From: Podarcis gaigeae
Lineage: Eukaryota
Direction: 5' to 3' (one strand)
Assembly: GCA_964106915.2 (NCBI GenBank)
Contig: OZ066915.1
DNA: 50,720 nt
In this document: positions 11,931 to 23,958 of the stretch, piece by piece
How the letters are laid out: each line of letters opens with the position of its first letter
Numbering within the stretch: position 1 is the stretch's first letter
Translations under genes and position numbers: made by a program
The notes under the pieces: model-generated
The model's input: the letters and a program-made list of their open reading frames with translations, nothing else
What the model was told of the DNA's origin: nothing
Databases searched by the model: none

Positions 11931-13242
11931 CCACTGCACAGTGTTGTTTGCTGTACATAGTCTCTCAGCTGTCCACATCCCTACATTTCCACAACAATGA
12001 CACAGCTGATCAGAAGAATAACAAGCAAAATCATATGTGAGCTGAAGCCAAATAAAATATCTTTAGAAGGGAAGCATATGCATTTTGCGTTAATAGAATG
12101 TAGTTTGCAGTTTTAAATGATATGTTGCTACAACCAATCTTTCTGCTGAATTTGCATTCTTTGAGTTAAAGTGCTTTTCTGCCGTGCACGCACCAAAAAA
12201 AAAAAAAGCAGCTTAATGATTCTGTTCCCTCTCTGATCAGAGTCTTCTAAAGGGAAATTATGGCTCTTTGATGTCTCCCCTATTTTTCCCCTTAGCCTTT
12301 GATTTCTGCTGCATGTATGACAAGATCCAGCCCCATTACTCGCTGTGGGCGTAGGTGAATACATCAAATTACAGACCATTCATGGTACCTTTGACAAAGG
12401 TACAGTGCATTTCTGAAGATAAATATAGGGCATCGAGACATCTATGACCTCTCAAAGAATACGATTAGAATGATAGCTATGTAATGTTCTGACAGACATA
12501 TTTGTTCAAAAGCACACAGTATAACATTTCCTTATATTTCTTCAAGGTTAAAAAAATGTTTGCTGCTACATAGACTTCACCTTTCTCGAGTTTCCTTTGT
12601 GTTACGTGTAGACCAATTCACAGTGGCTTCCCATTCCAAATATATTTTCTCAATATTGCATATATACGGGCGTTGTATTTCAGACACATAAAGAAGATGG
12701 TTATTTGGACTGTCAAACCCGAGAAATGAATGTTAGGAAATGCATTCACTTTCATTCTAACTATTTTTCCCCTCCAAGAGATTCTCAAGATTATGTTTCA
12801 GATTCCTAGTTTTAAAATCTCACATTCCCTCTTCCCATTCTCCCAAATCTTCTTCATTTGTTTACCTACTCCAATATTGAACTTCCTTCAGGTCTGATTT
12901 AATGTTACTGGACAAATGTGATTGTCATTTACCTATGAACTGATTCCATGCCTTATCAGTAATATCCGAATGATAGAATCACACAGAATAGGCAGGTCAT
13001 TATTAAAAGTTTGGATGTAAGCAATGAGTTTAGATGTTAGCATATGTGATCAAGGATGCATCTTAATAGGTTCAGGTTCCAGTGTGTACCTGGGTTCTGT
13101 TTCCCTTGAAAATAGGTCATGGGAGGCTCATGTCAATTTTTCATTTATTTATATGTATGTAGATTAATGCCCGAACAGACAGCCCCAACTCTTTCAGAGG
13201 TCCAGTTTCTTTCTCTTACCATCAACCTGCCTGTCTCAAACC

Positions 13243-13331
13243 CATAGCTGTCAACGTTTTCCATTTTTAAGGGAAATTCCCTTACTCCAAATAGGAATCC
13301 TCACAAGAAAAGGGAAAAGTTGACAGGTATG
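13243..13331. mobile_element. Tiny hAT MITE (89 bp)
   Basis: TIRs CATAGCTGTCAAC / GTTGACAGGTATG; perfect 8-bp TSD CTCAAACC at 13235-13242 and 13332-13339. Confidence 0.88.
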
Positions 13332-13398
13332 CTCAAACCTATGGTATGGTTACCTTTTATCAGCCCCCCCTCACCCTCCCCCATTTCCAAGAGTTGCC

Positions 13399-13742
13399 AA
13401 CCTTTTTTAGGGAGGACGCGCTGCCAGCAACACGCCCAGCTTTGCGGGGCTGGAGGAGGTGGGCAGCGGCTGGAGGGCAGCTCCTCCGGTGGGGAAGAGG
13501 TGGAGGCTGGATGTGGCAGCTCCTAGATCAGCTGGCCACTTCGTGCCATGGTGGCCATGGCAAGTGGAGGCTCCGGGTGCTGCACTGCTTTGGCACAGCA
13601 TGGTGGAGGCGGGCGAGGGCAGCAAGCTGATACCAGGAGGCACCACATCCAGCCTCCACCTCTTCCCTGGTCCCTTCAGAACTTGGCGCCCTGGGTCCCT
13701 GCGCCACTAGCCTCTATGGGTAAGACGCCTAAGACGCCCCTG
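13399..13742. mobile_element. GC-rich hAT (Tip100-like) remnant with internal inverted repeat
   Basis: Ends in TAAGACGCCCCTG (TIR-like); abrupt GC and CpG increase; left TIR not found. Confidence 0.55.
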
Positions 13743-13914
13743 CCTTTTATACAGGGACTGTTGAATGGCATCATCCCCAAAGAAGGAAGGGGGAAAGCAA
13801 GTGAAGAGAGACTTGCCTCTTCTGGAAAGAGTCCCTAGCTGTTTCCTTGGGCATTGTTACAGCTAATCTCCTTAACAATGGAAGATTCCTGGGCAACCCA
13901 TCAGAAGTTTATGT

Positions 13915-14021
13915 GCAAAAGCTGTCTGTAAACAAACACCAGCTCCCTTGGCCTGAAGCAAGATGAGCGCCACACCCCATGGTCGTCTTTGACTGAACTT
14001 AACAATCCAGGGGTCCTTTAC

Positions 14022-14022
<1 letters not shown>
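13915..14022 (+). mobile_element. Sauria SINE 3' fragment (old)
   Basis: AAGCTGTCTG..GCTCCCTTGGCC..AGATGAGCGCC..GGGGTCCTTTAC. Confidence 0.75.

Positions 14023-14066
<44 letters not shown>
14023..14066. repeat. (AG)n microsatellite at SINE tail
   Basis: Seen directly. Confidence 0.95.
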
Positions 14067-14068
<2 letters not shown>

Positions 14069-15372
14069 TCTATCAACTGTGGTTATACAGTCCTCTCTCC
14101 CGGAATCAAGAAATGGGAAAATAAACATGACTCATTTGTCTTCCTGCAGTTCTTTTCTACCTACCGGTGCCTGTCAAATTATAATACCTCTTCAGGTGTT
14201 CCACAGTTATGGACACGAGGTCTACTTGAGCAAGCTGAAAGAGCACCAACCAAGTCTTTCCTATTCATCACATTGTGGCATGAAGTCTCTTGATGGTTTC
14301 TGTTCATTTGTCTGTGGCCTCCAAAGAAGTGAAGAGTCTGAAAGGCAGAGTGAGAAAGGTTAATTGGTTTTGCTGACCATCTGTTTGTGCTGGGAATGAA
14401 TGCCGAGAATAATGTGTAATAAATGGCATCTACAAGAATTAAATAAATCAATTCCAGAGATTAGAAGTAACCTATGGATTGTGTTAATGGAGGTAGAGTC
14501 TGTGTAACAAAAATCAGTCTTACTTAGTTGTGAAGGCTTTGACCCTGGAGAGGGATAGCGAATCAGACTTCCCAGGGAGCACCAAGGTGAAATGCAGACT
14601 TTTCCATTCCTTTTCTTATACGTTATGCCTATCCTTTAATGAGAGAGAGGGCAGCACCCGGCTCTGTAGCAAATAGAGGCAATCCATTGAAGTGAGCAGC
14701 TGGATCTACATGAGAAAGTACGGAACTTTTTTTCTTTTTTCTCCAAATAGCAATCTACATCTTTGTCCCACACCCCACCTCCACTGGCTACAAGCCACTT
14801 TTAAAACTTCAACAAGTTTCAAGTAAAGCTCGCAGTATGTCAGATCAGAGGGGACTCCTGTTCAGAAGAACAAAGGCAAATCCCCTCACTGTGAGTGCAC
14901 AAGGCCAGTGTTCTCATGAAGGGGAGGCCAAACTAGACAATACCTGAAATGTGGGCAGTGCACTTAATGTATCCAGCCCTCTGCAGGGCATCCTATAAAC
15001 CTGCATACATGGAGCAGGGGGCAGAAATGAATGTGTGGCTCAGCCTCCAGCATCATCATCATTGTCCTCCATGAGTTAGAGGGCAACTGTCTGAAGCAAG
15101 GACCCTCATGTACACATGATTTTCTGGTTTTCTAGAGGCTTCTATAATCCACAGGCAACCTTCCATGAGTACCTCAGAGGTTCACCCTCCTATCATGGAG
15201 GGCAACCAGAATGGTAATGGGAGGTAGAGCTGTGTCTCTTATGCTACTGTCCTGATGAAAGCCATCCACACATGTTGCTGTTTGTTCTGGAAGTAAAGCA
15301 GCCACAGGCACCAGCAGCGACTCTGCATCAGGGAGAAGCCATCAACTACTTTTTGCTGATCAAGCTCTAGAC

Positions 15373-15497
15373 CAGGGGTGCACAATTTGCAGTCCTCCAG
15401 ATGCTGTCGGACTACACCTCCCATCATCCCTGATCACTGGCAATGCTGGCTGGGTCTGGTGGGAGTTGTAGTCCAGAAATATCTGGAGGGCCACCTA
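15373..15497. mobile_element. hAT-type palindromic MITE
   Basis: CAGGGGTG..CCTCCAGATG..GGACTACA..CCCATCATCCC / GGGAGTTGTAGTCC..ATCTGGAGGGCC. Confidence 0.75.
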
Positions 15498-17214
15498 CTC
15501 TACACGGAGATGCAATCTCACCCAAAATTGGCACCAATGCCAACGCTGCTTCTCCACTCCTGGCAGAGGTGGTGTGGCAGATGGCCCACCTTCCCTGATG
15601 GGGGCCCCACTAAATCCTGTGGGACTATTTCTAAATAAGCATGCATAGTTCTGATCCACTGTAGGCAAAATGGTGCTGCAAGACAGCAAACCCTACATAC
15701 AGCCCCAGGGGATCTACATATAGTACTCCTGAACTATATAAAGTATTCCTGAACTGTTAAATTATCAGCTCTAATCTCCAACTTAGGTTGGACTGTTTAA
15801 CTCCCCCTTCTACCCTCCTCCCAAAAGCAATTAAATGCAGTCATAAGAACATAGGGAAAGTGCTGCTGGGTCAAATCAAAGATCTATCCAGAATTCTGTT
15901 CCCACAGAACCGGATGCCATTGGGAAGTCTCTCGATACCAGTTCCTGGGAATCTTAGGTGAGCAGAGTGCTGTTGCACTCTTGTCCTTCTTCCCACAGGG
16001 ATCTGGTTGGGGGACCAGATGGGCCATCAGCCTGATCCAGCAGGCACATCTTATATTCTTATATATAAATTCCCATGCACCAACCCCCTCCAAAAAAAAG
16101 TCTGCTTCCACAAAAACGCACATATAACTGGCTCCTGAAATTCACACTTCACCTCAGAGTTTCAGAGGTTGCAGTGTTCAGAGGTTGTGGCACAGAGCCC
16201 AGAGCGTGTTCCCATCAAAAGACAAGATAAAAGGACATGATGTTTAGAGAAAGAACATTTCACAGTGCTGCACCAGTGACCTTTCTTTAAGTGTCGGTAA
16301 TAGGTCAGCACTCAAACAATGCTTGAACATCTTCAGAGCACTTCACAGTTCTTCAACTTCCATGAGTTACAAAAGTAAATTATCCATAATTAACATACTA
16401 GAAGAAAGCAGAGTGATTATGAAACGTTGTCATATAATTAATATGTATGGCCACCCATGCTTTCAATCAAACCACAAACACAGACAACTCCACTAAGTAC
16501 ATAAATAGCGCCCCCCCCCTTTGTAAATTGGTAAGGTATTTTTTTATTATTCAAAAAATCTGGACATGGAACTAACTAGCTCATCAAGCCCTCCTGCACT
16601 GCAAGATACAAAACTTCAAGATGTCTCAAATATCCACTTCGAAAAAACACTCAGTGTGAGATTTGCTGTCTTATTTCTAAAAGGAAAGATTTTTAGCCCT
16701 CTTTGTTTCCAACCTTGTTATCTGTAAGATCATTCTTGTTCCTGGTAGGCATCCCCACCCCACTCCACAATCTTTATTCTTCTGCTTGGGTACAGCAACA
16801 TTAGTAAAAATAACCTCAAAGGTCACAACACTTATCAGAAACAAACCAGAAGTGTGTATGAAAACTGAATGCGACAAAGGCACTCAAACTATTCTGCTTT
16901 CTCAAGATAGGCTTCCCATTGAGTAGAGTGTTTGGTAAATGATTTGTCAACACAACTTTGGGACTATAGAGCACACTACAGGAAGCAAAGAACCTTTATG
17001 TTCACTTAAGGATTAACACAGCCCTTCATTTGTAAGGATTGTAAGGATAAATAAAGAAAGAGCAATGCTAGCTTGTCACAAAGTGCAACCACTACCCCAC
17101 CTCCACCCTCTCAGCAATATCTCTTTTTTGCATTAAAAATATACCACTTGATTATAAAAAAGCAAAACTTCAAAGCACTTTACAAAAATATACCATGTTC
17201 ATGCAAAGGCCCAA

Positions 17215-17762
17215 GGTAGATGGATGGCCAAGTGGCCAAGTTGAAATTTCTGAACTGTCTTCAAGGGCAGCCCCACATAGAGCACATTACAGTGGTCCAA
17301 CCTGGAGGTTACCATAGTGTGGATGATCATACCCAGCCTATCCCTAGCCAGGAAAGGCTATAGCTGGTGCATCAGCCGAAGCAGAGAATAGGACCTCCTA
17401 GCTACCAAGGCTACCTGGGTCCAAAGTGGTAATGATGGCTCAGAGAGCACACCCAAACTGCAAACCGGCTCACAAGGGGAGACCAGCATAGACAAAAACA
17501 GGCTTTTCTGCCCAATCCCCCAAATGGGAACTGACCACCTATGGCATCTTCTTCTTCTCTGGATTCAGTTTCAATTTATTGGCCCACATCCAGCCCATTT
17601 CTACCTCCAGATTGATTGAGGATGTACACAGCTTTTTTTTTTTTTTTTTTTTTTGCTTTTTTTCTTTATTGTACCAATGGAATAGAGAGATAGTACTGGA
17701 TGTAGTCAGCATAAATGACACTTTGTTCCAAGTCCTTTCATGACTGCTCTCAGTCGCATCAT
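17215..17762 (-). mobile_element. Old L2-clade LINE RT fragment (3' part)
   Basis: Minus translations VTSRLDHCNVLYVGLPLK and GWMWANKLKLNPEK, plus a YAD-like motif near 17700-17715; contains a poly-T run at ~17633-17666. Confidence 0.75.
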
Positions 17763-19396
17763 CATCACCACCACCATCATCACCATCATTTATTATTTCT
17801 ACCCCACCCATCTGGCTGGGTTTCCCCAGCCACTCTTGGCATCTTTCAACAGAACATTAAAAACAATAAAACTTCAAACATTAAAAACTTCCCTAAACAG
17901 GACTGCCTTCAGATGTCTATTAAAAGTCAGATAGTTGTTTATTTCCTTGACATCTGTTGGGAGGGTGTTCCGCAGGGCAGGTGCCACTACCAAGAAGGCC
18001 CTCTGCCTGGTTCCCTGTAACCTCACTTCTCACAGTGAGGGAACCACTAAGGCCATTTAGGGCTTTAAAGGCCAGCACCAACACTTTGAATTGTGCTCAG
18101 AAATGTACTGGGAGCCAATGTTGGTCTTTCAGGACCGGTGTTATATGGTCTTGGTGGCCACTCCCTGTCACCAGTCTAGATTAGTTGCAGTTTCCGGGTC
18201 CCATTCAAAGTTAGCCCCACATAGAGCGTGTTGCAGTAGTCCAAGCAGGAGCTAACTAGAGCATGCACCATTCTGGCAAGACAGTCTGCGGACAGGTAGG
18301 GTCTCAGCCTGCGTATCAGATGGAGCTGGTAGACAGCTGCCCTGGATACAGAATTGACCTGCGCCTCCATGGACAGCTGTGAGTCCAAAACGACTCCCAG
18401 GCTGTGCACCTGGTCCTTGAAAGGCACAGTTGCCCTACTCAGGACCAGGGAGTCCCACACACCCACCTGCCCCCTGTCCCCCCAAAACAGTACTTCTGTC
18501 TTGTCAGCCTTCAACCTCAAACTGTTAGCTGCCATCCATCCTCCAGCTACCTCCAGGCACTCATACAGGACCTTCACCGCCTTCACTGGTTCTGATTTAA
18601 AAGGGAGGTAGAGCTGAGTAAAAGGGAGGTAGAGCTGAGGTAGAGCTGGGTAGAGGTAGGGACGCGGGTGGCGCTGTGGGTAAAACCTCAGTGCCTAGGA
18701 CTTGCTGATCGCAAGGTCGGTGGTTCGAATCCCTGCGGCGGGGTGAGCTTCCGTCGTTCGGTCCCAGCTCCTGCCCACCTAGCAGTTCGAAAGCACCCTT
18801 AAGTGCAAGTAGATAAATAGGTACCGCTTTATAGCGGGAAGGTAAACAGCGTTTCCGTGTGCTGCGCTGGTGCTGGCTCGCCAGCTGCAGCTTCGTCACG
18901 CTGGCCATGTGACCCGGAAGTGTCTTTGGACGGCGCCGGCTCACGGCCTCTTGAGCGAGATGAGCACGCAACCCTAGAGTCAGACACAACTGGCCCGTAC
19001 GGGCAGGGGTACCTTTACCTTTTACTAGAGGTGGGTATCATCTGCATACTGATGAACACCCAGCCCAAACCCCCTGATCATCTCTCCCAGTGGCTTCATA
19101 TAGATATTGAAAAGCATGGGGGAGACAACGGAACCCTGAGGCACCCCACAAGTGAGAGCCCAGAGGTCTGAACACTCATCCCCCTCCCCACCACTTTCTG
19201 AACACGGCCCAGGAGAAAGAAGTGGAACCACTGTATAACAGTGCCCCCAGCTCCCAGCTCCTCTAGACAGTCCAGAAGGATGTCATGATCGATGATATCA
19301 AAAGCCGCTGAAAGATTCAGCAGAACTAGGAAACAGCTTTCACCTTTGTCCCTAGCCCGCCGGAGATCATCGACCAGCGCAACCAAGGCAGTTTCA
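17763..19396 (-). mobile_element. Younger L2-clade LINE, 5'-truncated RT region and 3' end
   Basis: ORF track gives LVLLNLSAAFDIIDHDILL, CGVPQGSVVSPMLFNIYMKPLG..HQYADDTHL and GWMAANSLRLKADKTEVL..LDYCNTLYVGL; frameshifted; (CAT/CAC)n simple-repeat tail at 17756-17790. Confidence 0.92.
18659..19025 (+). mobile_element. Sauria SINE, full length, inside the L2
   Basis: GGGACGCGGGTGGCGCTGTGG head with Pol III A/B-box-like motifs (GGTTCGAATCC); (ACCTTT)n tail; TAGAGGT repeated at both flanks. Confidence 0.95.
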
Positions 19397-19540
19397 TATA
19401 GATGTCAAACAACATGGGGAACAGTACTGAAGCCCGTAGGACCTGCAAGACAATTCTTCTCAGGACTGAGCAGAAGACACTCACTGCTGTTCTCTGGAAG
19501 CACACTTGGAGATGAGAGAGGACCCACTGCAAAAACCTAA
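19397..19540 (-). mobile_element. Old L2 continuation (5' part)
   Basis: Minus translation SVLFPMLFDIYMK is the RT motif that directly precedes the fragment ending at 17762. Confidence 0.65.
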
Positions 19541-19939
19541 AGAGAAGCCCCCCAGAAGAGCTCAAGAAGCCATAGAATGCTGATTGTTGCCAGAGAAGGA
19601 GAAGAAAGGGGGTGGGGACAGAATGACATATCTTGAAAAAATGTATGGCTGTTCTAACTAAAGCCCTGAAGAGGAGCACTCCATTCTGCCACATGTTGTG
19701 CCACACTCCATCTCTAGGATGTAGTATTTGCTGCTGCTCCACAAGCAGAACTGTGGTCCTAAAAAGCCAAACAGGGCATGCCTGCTTCAGACTGGCTCCA
19801 CCAGGTTCCTCTAAAATCCTCTGAGAAGTGCTAGCTGGAGATCCAGATTACTGACTGAAAGCTTATGTTACTAGTTTGCCTTTGGCAAAGAGCTGGCAGG
19901 TGACTGCTTATATCAGAAAAGTCACCCTGCATTTTTTCT

Positions 19940-20148
19940 TTGTTTATCACATTTATATCCCACCCGTCCTCCAAGAAGCTCGAAGTGCCATACATAGTTC
20001 TCTTCTTCCCCATTTTATCCCCACAACAAACCTGTGAGGTAGATTAGGCTGAGAGGCCATGACTTGCCCAAGGTCATCCGGTGAGTTCCATGCTTGAACC
20101 CAGGTCTCCCAGGTCCTTGTCCATCATTCTAACCACGACACCACACTG
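19940..20148 (-). mobile_element. MIR-like (CORE) SINE
   Basis: CCCCATTTTATCCCCACAACAA.CCTGTGAGGTAG..GACTTGCCCAAGGTCA..TTGAACCCAGGTCTCC..TCTAACCAC.ACACCACACTG. Confidence 0.8.
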
Positions 20149-21019
20149 TTGTTGTTTTTTAAATGCAGGTTGGCATTAATGCAGGTCCCACAAATATCTC
20201 CACACAGCACCCTGGTTCATGCCAGTTGTGCAGGCCAGAGGTAAACTTTTGTTTATAAGCCAGCGGCAGCTTTCAGAGTTAACAAATTCTGACAAGTTTA
20301 ATCTGGAAATTTATGTAGCTCACACTCCTCAAATCGCTAAAGCCATGTACACTACACATTGCAAGTGGCTGCACCAAGAGCACTTGAAAGGTAAAACATC
20401 TGTTAAAAAATCTCCCGCTGCACATGATGAAAGGATTTTTTAATATAAAAAAAATTCTCCCCCACTAAATTAATTGGATTGCCAACTGCATTAGCAAATA
20501 TGCTAACTGTACATGACACTCTGGGCAGGCCTATTGAAACTGTTGTCAGGTTAAATCCTGACGCAGGAAAAGAATGATAGAAAAGTACATAATCAGAGCC
20601 GGTGGGATTTTTCTAGAAGCTGACAAAAATAAATAATTATGGGAAACACCAACCAGCTGTGTATGTGGTGGCGCTACTCCTACAAATTAATGTGATTAAG
20701 ATTCAAAGGGAAAGGTGTTTCTCATTTAGAAGCTCAGCTTCACAACCTGGCTTAAATTTAACCAGCAGTTCCTCCCACTCAAATTTTCCAGGGCATTCAC
20801 TATTCCATGTCCTATGTGAAGTACATTGCAGCATATTAAACATTTTGTGCCACACAGCCACAACTGTGGGCATCTGGCACTTATTGGGACCTGTGACTAG
20901 GAAAAGCTACAACCTAGTTTGTTCTTCACATGGACTCCATCCTCAGAGCCCAGTTTAACTATCCTCCTTGCAGGGCTGACTAGATCTAGATTTGGATTCG
21001 TGGCATTGTAGAGATGGAG

Positions 21020-21185
21020 GAAGCCTAGAGCTGTCGTTCTGCTCATGCAACGCACTTGCTCTTGCACAATGGAACTTCTCCTGCCTCTCCTCTCCCCAAC
21101 CTTCTGGAGCAGATTTTGAGGGTGCCCAGGTATGATAAGGGAAACCGAAGTCCAGCTACATGAGCAGAATGCCATTCACGCAGCT
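21020..21185. mobile_element. Degenerate palindromic MITE
   Basis: TTCTGCTCATG..TTGCACAATGGAACTTC / CATGAGCAGAAT; related copy at ~26105-26310. Confidence 0.45.
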
Positions 21186-21281
21186 TTGGAAACAAGCCCA
21201 CGAACCATGCTGGCTTGCTGCCCTCCTCTTGCACAAGCCGTTCTGCTAATGCAATTAGTATACCACTAAGGGATTTTTTTA

Positions 21282-21649
21282 GGGATGTGGGTGGCTCTGT
21301 GGTCTAAACCTCTGAGTCTAGGGCTTGCCAATCAGAAGGTCGGTGATTTGAATCCCTGCGACGGGGTGAGCTCCTGTTGCTCGGTCCCTGTTCCTGCCAA
21401 CCTAGCAGTTCGAAAGCACGTCAAAGTGCAAGTAGATAAATAGGTACTGCTGCAGCGGGAAGGTAAACGGCGTTTCCATCCACTGCTCTGGTTCTGCCAG
21501 AAGCGGCTTAGTCATGCTGGCCACATGACCCGGGAAAGCTGTCTGCGGACAAACGTCCGCTCCCTCAGCCAGTAAAGCGAGATGAGCACTTCAATCCCAG
21601 AGTCGTTTGCGACTGGACTTAACTGTCAGGGGTCCTTTACCTTTACCTT
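21282..21649 (+). mobile_element. Sauria SINE, full length
   Basis: Complete head, body and tail; perfect 15-bp TSD TAAGGGATTTTTTTA at 21267-21281 and 21650-21664. Confidence 0.96.
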
Positions 21650-22054
21650 TAAGGGATTTTTTTACCTTAGTACTATGTTAAATTCCTCCCAAATTCTTTT
21701 CTCATTATTGATGCATAATGGTTTGGGGGCAGGGGCACAGAAGAATATTTTTGGCACAGCACTATTTGCCATTAATAAGTTTATTCCTATACTCAGATAA
21801 AATCTACCATCTGGCAACTTGGGTTCATTAGATTTAATCCTACTCTCTGGGGCAGCAGAAAACATGTGTTTGCTCTCTTCTGTGTGATGGTCATTCAGGA
21901 GTTTGTTACGTGTCCTCCCTCATTCTTCTTCTTATGTAACAAGGAACTCTGGTTTAAAGATACCAGAACTGCAGCTCCAAAGCCAGAGGTCAAGTGAGAA
22001 CCATGCAGCCCTACTTGGCAATTATATAAATTATATGGTTTATTCAGCCAAGAA

Positions 22055-22224
22055 TGTTACATTCAAATTGGCACATTCTTTCACCCCTGTCTCTCATCAG
22101 CAGTATATGGGTAATATCCTCCTACTTACAGGGATGTTGTAAGGACTGTAACAGGGTAACGTATGTGAAATGCTCCAAACATGTGAAAGCACTTTATATA
22201 TGCCAGGTGTTGTTGTTGTTGTTA

Positions 22225-22271
<47 letters not shown>
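22055..22271 (+). mobile_element. MIR-like SINE 3' part with (TTG/TTA)n tail
   Basis: ATGGGTAAT..CCTACTTACAGGGATGTTGTAAGGA..ATGTGAAATGCT..AAAGCACTTTATATATG followed by a microsatellite at 22208-22271. Confidence 0.7.
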
Positions 22272-22273
<2 letters not shown>

Positions 22274-22953
22274 AATTCAGCTTGTCCTGGTATTCTTGTG
22301 ATTACTTGTTCTTTTCTTTTCCTCTGAATCCAATTCTTGATCACTGAATCTTAATCTGAGGTTTAAATAGCAAAATACTGTAGCCACAATCATTACAGGA
22401 ATAGAGTTGCCATCAAATCACCATAAAAGTTGGATTAAGTTAGAAATTTGTAGTTCTGTGAAAAGCAGAACTGTATTCCAAACTTAGACTTCCTAAAGTT
22501 TTCTGCCACATCTGCAGGGTGTTCATTCTTTCGGGAAGGGTTTTCATGTTTTCCAGTGCCATGGCAACAAGGGCTGTGTATTCTTACAATATCTTTATTT
22601 TCGCAATGTTTTAGCAGAGCTGCACCAACCAGCCTATCATCATCTTGTCAAATCCCATGAGAGTGTGAACTCATAGACTTAACATAATAATACTGCAACC
22701 ATGAGTGACATGTACCTGCACAAGAGCTCTAAGCAGCTGAAACCACAAAACCCATGATGGAGTGTGACTGTACCGTGGTGTGAACTTAACATTGTTTTCC
22801 TTCAACCACCATCTTAACGTAAGCATCCAGGCCTGACCAACATCATGGAGCCAGGTAGTAAGAAGTTTTGTTAGTGTATCTTTTTGAACTTTTTTAATCC
22901 TATATATTCATTGTTTGATGTAATGTAAACTTTGAGCTCCTTAAAGAAATAAA

Positions 22954-22954
22954 A

Positions 22955-23005
<51 letters not shown>
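22954..23005. repeat. (ATT)n microsatellite
   Basis: Seen directly. Confidence 0.95.
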
Positions 23006-23006
<1 letters not shown>

Positions 23007-23958
23007 TGTGATTTAGGATTCAATTTTTACTCCCCCTATGCACATAAAGGTCAGCCTATGCTACTAAGGGGCCTGAATTATTCCAGAAAAAAGGGGAGGG
23101 GAAGTTCATTAAGAGTTTTGATTCTTTATAGATGAGTTTTCAATGAAGCATCCAATACTTGTTCTATAGGGCTCAATGTTTAACAGATTGGTTTGCCCAA
23201 GCAGTGAGATTAATCAAACCTTTAATCAACTGAAAAGGTAGCCAATTAATCAAGCAGCAGATTTTGAAAGAATGTATTACTATCTGCTGCCGGTACTGCT
23301 AAAAACTGCAGATGAGAAGCACCATCTAAAAAGCAGCATCCCTGCTGTTCTTCTTCACATGAAGGAATACCTCTCCTATAACACATGTGGGAATGAGAAG
23401 ATGTTATTTTTTTTAACACAAAGATCTGAAACCCCTGGGTAAATAAAATGCTTCACCTGTCTCTCAAAAGAGATGAACCCAGAGCATAAGGCAGAACCAT
23501 GCAGAGCGCGTGAACATTCAGAATTGCAAGCCCATGTGAAGACCAGATGTGAAAATGAGCAGGAATACTTTGTTTTTAGCTGTTGTGTCGAATACTGAAT
23601 TTCAGTATGTTCAACTGTTCTCACTAGAGCTGTGCCAAACTTTAAATAATTTGAACATTCAACCCAAATTTGGGGAGTGCCATTCAGTGCTGAAAGTCAT
23701 GGAATCTTCCTCATCTTCAGTTTGAGATGCGATATGTGGCAGGCAGAGGAAACTTGCTGGAGTGTCTCACAATTCCATATGGCTAGCAGCCATCTTTATT
23801 TCCCCAGAACGTCCATTCCAATGAGCATCGGGGGGCGGGGCAGGCAATAGTGGCCATCAGCAGGCATTTTCCTCTGTGGAAATCAGGGACAGGAAGGTAC
23901 AATTTAAAGGAGGTTTGGACATAAGGGCATACTTAACCCATCACTCACCAGTTCCAAC

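Noticed and set aside
13320-13838. Cluster of overlapping ORFs suggesting a CpG-island first exon
   Set aside because: GC-rich, stop-poor transposon remnant with an inverted repeat; no coherent protein.
14196-14358. Open plus-strand segment VFHSYGHEVYLSKLKEHQP.. with AG/GT ends
   Set aside because: Modest splice signals, unrecognised peptide and no partner exons; cannot be supported without RNA data.
18659-18740. tRNA-like sequences at SINE heads (also 21282, 24293, 34201, 41536)
   Set aside because: These are tRNA-derived Pol III promoter regions of SINEs, not tRNA genes.
18176-19386. RT-like ORFs as a functional reverse transcriptase gene
   Set aside because: Frameshifted, 5'-truncated and split by a SINE; an ordinary dead L2 copy.
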